Of a DNA stretch of 64,000 nt, positions 1 to 10,954 are shown in pieces. Source of the DNA: Stegostoma tigrinum. Lineage: Eukaryota. The notes under the pieces were generated by a model. It was not told the origin of the DNA and ran no database searches. It was given only the letters and a program-made list of their open reading frames with translations. Location of the stretch: the NCBI RefSeq assembly GCF_030684315.1, contig NC_081373.1, positions 30,419,989-30,483,988 on the forward strand, read 5' to 3'. Made by a program: the position numbers and the translations under genes. Position 1 is the stretch's first letter. Each line of letters opens with the position of its first letter.

Positions 1-125
1 TCAGAGATATGCAGGCTAGGTGGATTAGCCATGGGAAATGCAAGATATGGGTCTGGGTGGCTCTTCACAGGGTCACTGTGGGCTTGTTAGGCCAAATAAC
101 CTGTTTCCACATTATAGGGATTCTA
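1..125 (+). mobile_element. 3' part of HE1-like SINE
   Basis: gtggattagccatgggaaatg...cctgtttccacattatagggattcta matches the SINE 3' half. Confidence 0.6.
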
Positions 126-1499
126 TTAAATTAGGCCTTTGTATTTTAAGAAATTCTGAAAGAAGCTCTCTAACAGACAAGATGTGGAATAGATTAGACT
201 CACTCAACAGCACTTTTTAAATGTGCCATGACATTATTAAATCCTAGCTTTAGAATTTAAAATTAGGGAGAGGATACATGATGTTTCACTCTACAAGAGG
301 GCAGAGGCTGCTTGAGGTGTCTTTTGCTCATCACATTTTCCTCATTTTTTCTTTAATATTTTTCTTTTTGCAACATCATATTGTAGATTACAATAAAACA
401 TGTTCATGGCTGGCAACACAAAAGGTAAAATAGTGCCGAGTCTAGAAATCTAAAATAAAAACAAAATTCTGGAAAATACTCAGCAAAGCAAACAGCATCT
501 GTGAAGAAATAAAGTATGACACTGGAGACTTTTGATGTTATTGCAAAAGGGGGACGACCAACTGCATTGTTCACATTAAGCCAAGAGTGTGGGGAAAAGG
601 TACACTTGGTTTCATTACTCTTTGTAAAGCAAGATGGAATATTTACCATAAAAAGGTTTTTTTTGTATCAAAATTCCTTCATTATAAAAATTGTTGCTCG
701 TTATTACAGAGCTTGATCATTGCTGAAGAGGTACAAGGTCAAAGCTTTTCATCTTTCACTCATCAGGACAAATGCAAAAATATCACTTTCAAAAGCAGCA
801 ACAATTTATGTTGCATGAGAAAATCTTGCAGATTACTTGCAACTTTGCCACAGAGAAGGATTAATTTCTTGAGCGCTAATGAAGCTCCCCACCCTGTACA
901 ACTTAATACCTGGATGCAGTCCTTTGATCAAACCACATTTCTATTACTGCCATTGAATCTCACTTTGCAGTAACATACCAAAGTAACACTTTCCCCACCC
1001 CCAGTGTGATATGGAGTGTATGACAACGCTGTTTATGATAAAACTGAACTTGGTGTGCAGTTGCTCTCCAGGATAATTATTTGCAGAAAATTTGTCAAAC
1101 ATGTTCTTCAGCCAATTAATAACTGCGAGCAATAATATTTGTAAATCACTTTTCAGTTAAATTTAAAATTTAATCAGCCCACATTTGCCTTGTACTGATT
1201 TACAGGCAAACTATTGATTTGTTAACTATTTTCTTTAAAAATGCAAGATATTTATTTAGCCAGGACTTTTTTCTCCTCCAGGTTTTAAAGATCCAGAAAT
1301 ATTGCATTTCAACCATTCCTACTAACTAAGAGTTGAGTTCGTGCAAACTGACTGGATTAAGAATTAACTGTAAGATTGTGGTTGAATCACACACAGGTCT
1401 CAGCATGACAGGTTCAATTCCTTGAAGAAATGTTGACCTTAGCTGAACATTTACAGCAACCTGGTCCTTCAAATTTCACCTGAAAACAACATTACTCAC

Positions 1500-1628
1500 A
1501 GGATACACCCCTCCAGAGAGGGCTTTTCCGAGCATAACAATATCTGGTCTGACATCGTCATGATCACATGCCAAACGCCGCCCTGTCCTGGCCAGACCAG
1601 TCTGCACTTCATCTGCGATGAACAGAAC
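1500..1628 (-). CDS. OAT: Ornithine aminotransferase exon 7 (129 nt), contains the PLP-binding lysine
   Basis: Translates [43 protein letters not shown] (class-III aminotransferase DEVQTG and GKALSGG motifs). AG acceptor at 1629-1630, GTGAGT donor at 1494-1499 (minus strand). Confidence 0.97.
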
Positions 1629-1718
1629 CTGTGTGATAAACAGAATCATGACTAAAGATGCTCTGGTTAAATTTAGTGAACTAGTAATGCTTGTAACTAC
1701 AGCGTCAGTACAACTCAC

Positions 1719-1841
1719 ATTATGCTTCGTACACAATTCTCTCACTCCTTGAAGATAGCCTTTGTCAGGAACAATTACTCCAGCTTCTCCCTGAATTGGT
1801 TCCACCATAAACGCTGCCATATTGGGATCCTGGAATGCACG
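1719..1841 (-). CDS. OAT: Ornithine aminotransferase exon 6 (123 nt)
   Basis: [41 protein letters not shown]; canonical AG/GT boundaries, phase 0. Confidence 0.97.
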
Positions 1842-1944
1842 CTAAAGAGAGTTGTGCTTAGCTAATAGCAATGCTACATACAAAAAAAAGCAGCAAAAAT
1901 GTAATTGAATGCACTGTTTTGTTGCAGTTTACAACTGTTAATAC

Positions 1945-2072
1945 CTCAATCGCTGGCAGATCATTGTATGGAATAATTTCAAACCCAGGCATAAATGGTC
2001 CAAACCCTTCATAACTACTGGGATCTGTTGAACTGGAAACAGCAGACATGGTTCTACCCCAAAAATTACCAG
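1945..2072 (-). CDS. OAT: Ornithine aminotransferase exon 5 (128 nt)
   Basis: (A)[42 protein letters not shown]; AG/GT boundaries; phase fits exons 4 and 6. Confidence 0.97.
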
Positions 2073-2399
2073 CTGATTGAAAAAAAAAGTTAAGAAGCAT
2101 TTTAAAAATGGTTAATACCTCTTGAACCTTAGGCACTTGAAGCTCAACCTCTGATTACAGCCTGTTATATATCTGTTTACACATTTCCTACATGAGCTTA
2201 AGACACATACCACAATTTTGTGACATGCATTTCTCCGGAAAATATCTTGGTTACACAAAACTTATATTTTTCTGATCAGAGGATTTACCAGAATTAGAAT
2301 AAGTTACATAACAACCAAATGAGAAAACAAGAACTATGCATCTTCATTACCAACTAAAATGATCATTAATGGTTCAATCCTAGAGCAACCAAAGTTGTA

Positions 2400-3150
2400 A
2401 GATAATGCAAATGGAGAGTGCCAACGAGGCCAGGGATTACACAATGAATGGCAGGACCCTGAATAATACTTACAATCAGAGGGAGCTTGGTATATACATC
2501 CACAGGTCCTGGAAGATAGCAGGCAAGTAGATGAGACGATTATGAAGGTATATGGAATGCCTGTGTGTTCTATGCCTTGACCAATATATGCACAAGCAAA
2601 ATGCTTATGTTGGAGCTATATAAAATGCTAGTTAGGACAACAGCTGGTGTACTACATATAGTTCTGGTCACCACATAACTGGAAGGATATGATGGTATTA
2701 GAGAGTAGAGGAGATTTGCGAGGCTGCTACATGGAAAGGAGATCTTGAGATACAAGAATTGAATCGTCTGGGGTTGTTTTTCTTGAGGCACAAGTAAGGA
2801 GAGATTTATAAGATTTAGGGGCTAAACAGAATGGCTAGGAAGGCACTGTTTCCGTTAGTGATGGAGTCAATAACCATGGAGCACAAATTTAAGGCCAAGA
2901 GATGGAAGAAAAGGTGGAGGATTTTTTTTTCCCCCACTGAGGGTGGTGACCGTCTGAAAATCACTGCCTTAAAGGGCAACTGAGTTATAAACTCTCAACA
3001 TTCAAGCCATATTTAGATATTGACTTACAATGCCATTGCCCTGGAACTATGGGGCATAAGCCAGAAAAAGGAATTAACACGGTCAGATCTTTGGTGGCAC
3101 AGTCACATGGGCAAAATGAACTCCATTTATGCTGCATACTAAGTGGTCTC
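2400..3150 (+). mobile_element. Degraded CR1 LINE 3' fragment
   Basis: Decayed LYKMLVRxxLxY..FWSP-type CR1 ORF2 C-terminus and 3' UTR. Confidence 0.65.
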
Positions 3151-3264
3151 TTAACCCAGATGTCAAGTATGAAATTTAACACAATCTTGGGTAGTCTGTA
3201 AAATGTGTATGAGTTATGATTCATCTTGAACAGGGTGGATTTCCCACTTTTTATAATATCTTAC

Positions 3265-3360
3265 CTGCAAAAAGGATCTTTGCTTTATATTTAGGAATTC
3301 CTTTAACTTCGTATGCCCATTTGCGAGCCAACTTACAAGCACTTTCTCCTGCTTCCACAC
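3265..3360 (-). CDS. OAT: Ornithine aminotransferase exon 4 (96 nt)
   Basis: (G)[31 protein letters not shown], read manually (below ORF-track cutoff). AG at 3361-3362, GT at 3263-3264. Confidence 0.96.
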
Positions 3361-4103
3361 CTAAAACCAAAATTTGAATTTAAGAATCTGGAAACATATA
3401 GAATTTAAAGAATACCAGAAGTTAAATAGAACTTGGTTAGCAAGCAATTTACTACATTGTTTGGGTAACCAGAGGAAACATTAGGAATGTCAGAAAATTT
3501 TGATATAACCAGAAGAATGTAAAGTCCACACAGTCAAATTTCCAAACATATTCTACCTGCATTACAACTGCACTCTTCAAAACAGGGATGGTTCATTTCC
3601 ATTCTATTGTGTTGGATACTATTTCCCTTCCTTCCTGGGAACAAGCACTCAGCAATCAGAAGTCATGGACAGAAAAATCACAAGATGTGAGAATCTTTCA
3701 AAATGTTGCTTATGGAGTCCGAAGTCAGTATCTACACTGAAAGAGTCTCATTTTAAACAATGACTGGAAAAGAACAGTGATAAGTAAAGATTCAGTAGTA
3801 AGCTATATAAAGTTGCCACTTGATCAAGCTGTAAATTGGGAGAGGGGAGTGTGCAGCAGGACCTGAGCATCTTTGCCCACCAGTCAGTAAAGAAGGCAAA
3901 TGGTACGTCAGCTTTCATTGCAAGAGGTTTTGAGCACAGGAGTATGGCTGAGTTGTTGCAGTTATACAGAGCCTTGGTGAAACCACACCTAGCATACTGT
4001 ATCAGAGATAATGGGAACTGCAGATGCTGGAGATTCCAAGATAATAAAATGTGAGGCTGGATGAACACAGCAGGCGAAGCAGCATCTCAGGAGCACAAAA
4101 GCT

Positions 4104-4131
4104 GACGTTTCGGGCCTAGACCCTTCATCAG
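4104..4131 (-). ncRNA. Minimal hammerhead ribozyme motif (mirror copy, sense to OAT)
   Basis: Exact reverse complement of 7375-7402. Confidence 0.75.
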
Positions 4132-7100
4132 AGAGGGGGATGGGGGGAGGGAACTGGAATAAATAGGGAGAGAGGGGGAGGCGGACCGAAGATGGAGAGC
4201 AAAGAAGATAGGTGGAGAGGGTGTAGGTGGGGAGGTAGGGAGGGGATAGGTCAGTCCAGGGAAGACGGACAGGTCAAGGAGGTGGGATGAGGTTAGTAGG
4301 TAGCTGGGGGTGCGGCTGGGGGTGGGAGGAAGGGATGGGTGAGAGGAAGAACCGGTTAGGGAGGCAGAGACAGGTTGGACTGGTTTTGGGATGCAGTGGG
4401 TGGGGGGGAAGAGCTGGGCTGGTTGTGTGGTGCAGTGGGGGGAGGGGATGAACTGGGCTGGTTTAGGGATGCAGTGGGGGAAGGGGAGATTTTGAAACTG
4501 GTGAAGTCCACATTGATACCATATGGCTGCAGGGTTCCCAGGCGGAATATGAGTTGCTGTTCCTGCAAGCCTTCGGGTGGCATCATTGTGGCAGTGCAGG
4601 AGGCCCATGATGGACATGTCATCAAGAGAATGGGAGGGGGAGTGGAAATGGTTTGCGACTGGGAGGTGCAGTTGTTTGTTGCGAACTGAGCGGAGGTGTT
4701 CTGCAAAGCGGTCCCCAAGCCTCCGCTTGGTTTCCCCAATGTAGAGAAAGCCGCACCGGGTACAGTGGATGCAGTATACCACATTGGCAGATGTGCAGGT
4801 GAACCTCTGCTTAATGTGGAATGTCATCTTGGGGCCTGGGATGGGGGTGAGGGAGGAGGTGTGGGGACAAGTGTAGCATTTCCTGCGGTTGCAGGGGAAG
4901 GTGCCGGGTGTGGTGGGGTTGGAGGGCAGTGTGGAGCGAACAAGGGAGTCACGGAGAGAGTGGTCTCTCCGGAAAGCAGACAGGGGTGGGGATGGAAAAA
5001 TGTCTTGGGTGGTGGGGTCGGATTGTAAATGGCGGAAGTGTCGGAGGATAATGCGTTGTATCCGGAGGTTGGTAGGGTGGTGTGTGAGAACGAGGGGGAT
5101 CCTCTTGGGGCGGTTGTGGCGGGGGCGGGGTGTGAGGGATGTGTCGCGGGAAATGCGGGAGACGCGGTCAAGGGCGTTCTCAATCACCGTGGGGGGGAAG
5201 TTGCGGTCCTTAAAGAACTTGGACATCTGGGATGTGCGGGAGTGGAATGTCTTATCGTGGGAGCAGATGCGGCGGAGGCGGAGGAATTGGGAATAGGGGA
5301 TGGAGTTTTTGCAGGAGGGTGGGTGGGAGGAGGTGTATTCTAGGTAGCTGTGGGAGTCGGTGGGCTTGAAATGGACATCAGTTACAAGCTGGTTGCCTGA
5401 GATGGAGACTGAGAGGTCCAGGAAGGTGAGGGATGTGCTGGAGATGGCCCAGGTGAACTGAAGGTTGGGGTGGAAGGTGTTGGTGAAGTGGATGAACTGT
5501 TCGAGCTCCTCTGGGGAGCAAGAGGCGGCGCCGATACAGTCATCAATGTACCGGAGGAAGAGGTGGGGTTTGGGGCCTGTGTTGGTGCGGAAGATGGACT
5601 GTTCCACGTAACCTACAAAGAGGCAGGCATAGCTGGGGCCCATGCGGGTGCCCATGGCCACCCCCTTAGTCTGTAGGAAGTGGGAGGAGTCAAAAGAGAA
5701 GTTGTTGAGTGTGAGGACGAGTTCCGCTAGGCGGATGATAGTGTCGGTGGAGGGGGCCTGGTCGGGCCTGCGGGACAGGAAGAAGCGGAGGGCCTTGAGG
5801 CCATCTCCATGCGGAATGCAGGTGTACAGGGACTGGACGTCCATGGTGAATATGAGGTGTTGGGGGCCAGGGAATTGGAAGTCCTGGAGGAGGTGGAGGG
5901 CGTGGGTGGTGTCACGGACATAGGTGGGGAGTTCCTGGACCAAAGGGGAGAAAATGGAGTGGAGTGACTGTATCGGCGCCGCCTCTTGCTCCCCAGAGGA
6001 GCTCGAACAGTTCATCCACTTCACCAACACCTTCCACCCCAACCTTCAGTTCACCTGGGCCATCTCCAGCACATCCCTCACCTTCCTGGACCTCTCAGTC
6101 TCCATCTCAGGCAACCAGCTTGTAACTGATGTCCATTTCAAGCCCACCGACTCCCACAGCTACCTAGAATACACCTCCTCCCACCCACCCTCCTGCAAAA
6201 ACTCCATCCCCTATTCCCAATTCCTCCGCCTCCGCCGCATCTGCTCCCACGATAAGACATTCCACTCCCGCACATCCCAGATGTCCAAGTTCTTTAAGGA
6301 CCGCAACTTCCCCCCCACGGTGATTGAGAACGCCCTTGACCGCGTCTCCCGCATTTCCCGCGACACATCCCTCACACCCCGCCCCCGCCACAACCGCCCC
6401 AAGAGGATCCCCCTCGTTCTCACACACCACCCTACCAACCTCCGGATACAACGCATTATCCTCCGACACTTCCGCCATTTACAATCCGACCCCACCACCC
6501 AAGACATTTTTCCATCCCCACCCCTGTCTGCTTTCCGGAGAGACCACTCTCTCCGTGACTCCCTTGTTCGCTCCACACTGCCCTCCAACCCCACCACACC
6601 CGGCACCTTCCCCTGCAACCGCAGGAAATGCTACACTTGTCCCCACACCTCCTCCCTCACCCCCATCCCAGGCCCCAAGATGACATTCCACATTAAGCAG
6701 AGGTTCACCTGCACATCTGCCAATGTGGTATACTGCATCCACTGTACCCGGTGCGGCTTTCTCTACATTGGGGAAACCAAGCGGAGGCTTGGGGACCGCT
6801 TTGCAGAACACCTCCGCTCAGTTCGCAACAAACAACTGCACCTCCCAGTCGCAAACCATTTCCACTCCCCCTCCCATTCTCTTGATGACATGTCCATCAT
6901 GGGCCTCCTGCACTGCCACAATGATGCCACCCGAAGGTTGCAGGAACAGCAACTCATATTCCGCCTGGGAACCCTGCAGCCATATGGTATCAATGTGGAC
7001 TTCACCAGTTTCAAAATCTCCCCTTCCCCCACTGCATCCCTAAACCAGCCCAGTTCATCCCCTCCCCCCACTGCACCACACAACCAGCCCAGCTCTTCCC

Positions 7101-7374
7101 CCCCACCCACTGCATCCCAAAACCAGTCCAACCTGTCTCTGCCTCCCTAACCGGTTCTTCCTCTCACCCATCCCTTCCTCCCACCCCCAGCCGCACCCCC
7201 AGCTACCTACTAACCTCATCCCACCTCCTTGACCTGTCCGTCTTCCCTGGACTGACCTATCCCCTCCCTACCTCCCCACCTACACCCTCTCCACCTATCT
7301 TCTTTGCTCTCCATCTTCGGTCCGCCTCCCCCTCTCTCCCTATTTATTCCAGTTCCCTCCCCCCATCCCCCTCT

Positions 7375-7402
7375 CTGATGAAGGGTCTAGGCCCGAAACG
7401 TC
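7375..7402 (+). ncRNA. Minimal hammerhead ribozyme motif in PLE 3' region
   Basis: CTGATGA-A-GGGT CTAG GCCC-GAAAC-GTC: catalytic core boxes, stem II, short palindromic stem III (ACGT), GUC triplet. Confidence 0.75.
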
Positions 7403-9107
7403 AGCTTTTGTGCTCCTGAGATGCTGCTTGGCCTGCTGTGTTCATCCAGCCTCACATTTTATTACCTAGCATACTGTACGCAGTTTTGGTCTTCTTTTCT
7501 GAAGAAGGATGCTCTTGCTCTCAAGGGAGTGCAGTGAAGGTTTACCAGGCTGATTCCGGGGATGGCGGTCCAGATGCAATAGCAGAGATTGACTAAGTTG
7601 GGATTGATTTTTCTAGAGTTCAGACAAATGAAGGGGTAAATCTCAGACTTAGAATTCTAACAGGACTGGACAGGGTAGATGCAGGGAGAATGTTTCCACT
7701 GGTGGGGATGTTCCCTCAGGGTAGACGATTTAAGATGGAGATGAGGACACATTACTTCATCCAAACAGTGATGAGCTTGCGGAATTCATTACCACAGGAA
7801 GTAGTGGATGCCAAAACACTGAATGATTCAAGAAGCAACTAGACATAGCATTTGGATTAAAGGTTATGGAGAGAAAGCAGGATTAGGCTTTTGAGTTGGA
7901 CAATCAACCATGATCATGATGAATGGCGGAGCAGACTCAAAAAGCCAAATAGCCTCCTCCTGCTCCTATCTTCTATGTTTCTATGTAAACTTGAAATATT
8001 AGACAAGGGAACAAGATCACAATAGGCTGGACTGTAATTATTTAATTAATTTTTGTACAGCTAATAAAAATAAACATTAGATGAAAAAGGAAAGCAGGAG
8101 AAGCAACAAGCCTTAAAATAAAATCAATCTGTTGGTCATTGTCTCAAGGGTCAGAAGTAGCACATTAACTCCCTGTAAGGAACAAGAAATCATACCGTGT
8201 TTACCAAATATTCCAAAGACAGAGAAAATTGGTCTCAAAAAAAAGTACACAAGTTTTTCTTGTAGAGGAAATCAGTGAAAGCAAGCTGCCATGTAAAGCC
8301 CATGACAGGACAAATGCTTATGCACTTATGATTAAGCCCAGGTGGGCTATCAGTAAGATACGGAGGTATACATGTGGCCTGAATACTGACTCGGTAAAAT
8401 TTGCTTGGAAAGCAGGGATTTACTCACTCAACTGTTATCTGGTTCTAAGCCCAAAAAGGAGTTTACTCAAAAAAAAGTATTTTATACTGTTGAAATGTTC
8501 ACCATGCATTCACAGAAGGAACGTGTCATGTACAAAAAGGCAATAATCTGAAGATTGACCTTAAGGTAGTTGAAAATTAAATTTAATTGTTTTTTTACAT
8601 GTTGCTTCAGTCTCTGGGAATGATTGGTTACAACTAGCAGCATCTTACCTGAAAGTCAGATTAACTTCAAAAATTCAAAGAAAAAAACGTAACAAAACTG
8701 GGAGAAATGTTGTCCAAAAAACAGTAGATATTAAGCACTTAAATGATTAATAAATAAAACATGGTTTCCCTTAACATTAGCAAATAAACAGAAAAATTAT
8801 AGAATTAGTCAGGTCAACGTTGCACATGTGAAATAGATCTCCATGTGCCTGATCTTCAACTTTCTACATAATGAGATACTGAACAGAGGACAAACACATC
8901 CTTGCATTCATTCACAAGTATCCCCTATGTACATTCTTATTGAGCTTTTAAAAGATGTGCTTCAGGTATTGATGATATAGTTGCTATAAAGGCACTGATT
9001 CATATGAGTGAAATGGAATAGGATTTCAGCACGCCATAAGAAAAAAGTCTTCAATTTTACAGTTGCACGGTGAAGCCTACAGTAAAAAAAAATCATTGTC
9101 TACTAAC

Positions 9108-9332
9108 CTGTATTCATTGGCAACATCTTCTTGTAGTTGAACAGCTTTGTGACATACTCTTCATATTCTCCCAGTATATTATTATAGAAAGCTCGCGAAG
9201 TGAGAGTCAATTTATCAGCTTGAGTTTTTAGTGCTTCAATGATCTTTGGGTGACAATGGCCTTGATTCACAGCACTGTAAGCACTCAGGAAGTCAAAATA
9301 CCGTCTGCCTTCCACATCCCATACATAAACTC
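9108..9332 (-). CDS. OAT: Ornithine aminotransferase exon 3 (225 nt)
   Basis: (G)[31 protein letters not shown]...MLPMNT; AG/GT boundaries. Confidence 0.97.
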
Positions 9333-10954
9333 CTAAAAAGGTGAGTACAATCTTGTTAAATATGTATTCCAGTTGAATAAACAGATCCAGTTTTTAGTGT
9401 CGATATCAGGAACAAATTCAGAGGCATAAAGTTCCAAATTCTCTCCTCTTGAGCCTATTATGTAAAATATGAATCTTTCCACATGTTTCACAACAACACA
9501 AAAGGAGATCAATTTGAGGATGATACCAAGGTTGGAGATGCTCTGGAATGGAAGCAGGCAGCACAAACATTTATCAAGCAGACTAGCTTTGCAATAGCTG
9601 GGATTAGAATTAGTGGATCTAAAAGCAACAACTGTTTGGGCAAATTGAACACAAACAAAACTAATAACATTAAACAATTGCCAAAAACAGTCTGAAATGA
9701 ATCCAAGGAAGCTATGATAAAACTATGTTTTGCTCTAGCTAGATTATACCAGTGAACTGTGACCAATTCCGATTTCACAAAGATAACAAAACCACAATTA
9801 AAGGCTCTGTATATAGATGTGTTTCATTCATTAAAGTAAACTAATTGATAGCACACATTGAAATAAATAAATATAATCTGATAGCCACTAGAGACATGGT
9901 TCCAGGGTACTAGTATATCCTGAAAATTGAGAAGTATGACATTCAAGAAGAGCAAACAAAGTAAAAGTGGAGCACTTTTAATCAAGGATAGCATGTGTGT
10001 AAAAGTTAGACATGATCTTGGCACAGCAAATGGGAATGCAGCATTAGTTTCCTGGGAGAGGAGAAATAGTACGGGAAAGTAGGAGAGTGGTCCATGCAAT
10101 CCTTCACCATCATTAATCACGGGTGAGGTCCCGGAAGACTGGAGGGTAGCAAATATTGTGCCCTTATTCAAGAAGGACTGCAGAGAAATCTGGGAATTAT
10201 AAACCAGTGGACTTAACATCTGTGGTAGGTTAAATTATTCGAGAAGATTCTGAGGGATAAGATATATGTGCATTTAGAAAGACAGGAGTTTGAAAAAGGA
10301 GTAGTCAACATAGCTTTATGTGTGGGAGATCATGCCTCAAATTTGTTGCCGAGTTCTTGAAATAACCAGGAAAGTTCACGAGGGCAGGGCAGTAGATGTC
10401 ATTTATGTGGATTTCAATAAGGCCTCTGATAAGGTACCACATGGTAAAATGGAATGTTAGATTGCATGGCTTGATGGTAGGAAGCCGAGAGTAATAGTGG
10501 AAAGATGCTTGTTGAACTGGAGACCTGTGACTAGTGGTGTGCATCAGGGGTCAGTGCTGAGCCCATTGCTCTTTTTTGTCTATATCTACAAGTTGGATGA
10601 GAAAAGCACGAGGCATGTTTAGTAAGTTTGCGGATGATGCTAAAATAGGCAGTATCGTGGACAGTGCGGAAGATTAGCAGAAATTGCAGCAGGATGTTGA
10701 TCAGCTGGGGAATTGAACCGAGAAATGGCAAATGGAGTTTGATATAGGTAAGTGTGAGGTGTTGCATTTTGGAAAGTCAAAATCAAGGCAGGGATTTCAT
10801 GGTGAATGATAGAGCCTTCAGCAGTGTAGTGGAACAGAAGGACCTTGGGGTTCAGGTGCACGGTTCTCTGAAAGTGGAATCACAGGTAGACAGGGCAATG
10901 AAGGCAGTTTTGGTCACACTGGCCTTCAGTCAAGGCATCAAGTACAGATGCTGC

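Larger units (their letters stand above)
4002..7463. mobile_element. Young Penelope-like element (Neptune-type, RT + Cys linker + GIY-YIG): two 5'-truncated copies head-to-head
   Basis: Minus copy 4002-5964 has RT motifs MDVQSLYT, GVAMGTRMGP, RYIDD and NVVYCIHC..YIGET. Plus copy spans 5965-7463. 15-bp TSD ACCTAGCATACTGTA at 3987-4001 and 7464-7478. Confidence 0.93.
4042..7464. repeat. ~1.5-kb inverted repeat (arms 4042-5542 and 5965-7464, 422-bp spacer)
   Basis: Identical translated ORFs on opposite strands in the ORF track. Differences I could see: a substitution at ~4076 and a 1-nt insertion at ~4569. Confidence 0.95.
3830..7990 (+). mobile_element. CR1 LINE 3' fragment interrupted by the palindromic PLE
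   Basis: LLQLYRALVKPHLAYC at ~3955-4000 continues as QFWSSFLKKD after 7478; ends with ctatgtttctatgt tail at ~7970-7986. Confidence 0.85.

Noticed and set aside
1-1499. OAT exon 8 onward
   Set aside because: No matching coding sequence (e.g. the HGSTYGGNP region) found; presumably left of the window.
4087-6042. 651-aa ORF as an intact autonomous retroelement protein
   Set aside because: Its N-terminus is antisense sequence of the other arm across the 5964/5965 junction, the RT N-terminus is missing, and the C-terminus is out of frame after a 1-nt insertion at ~4569.
4356-7131. Many overlapping 100-140-aa ORFs on both strands
   Set aside because: Alternative-frame and antisense ORFs of a GC-rich, stop-poor PLE, duplicated by the inversion.
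5924-7150. 408-aa ORF as a separate gene
   Set aside because: It is the 5'-truncated inverted PLE arm, starting within the YIDD motif, with a fortuitous start from the opposite arm.
4042-7464. Inverted repeat as an assembly fold-back artefact
   Set aside because: Disfavoured, though not excluded without reads: it has a 15-bp TSD, the host CR1 continues correctly on both sides, and five small elements share the architecture.
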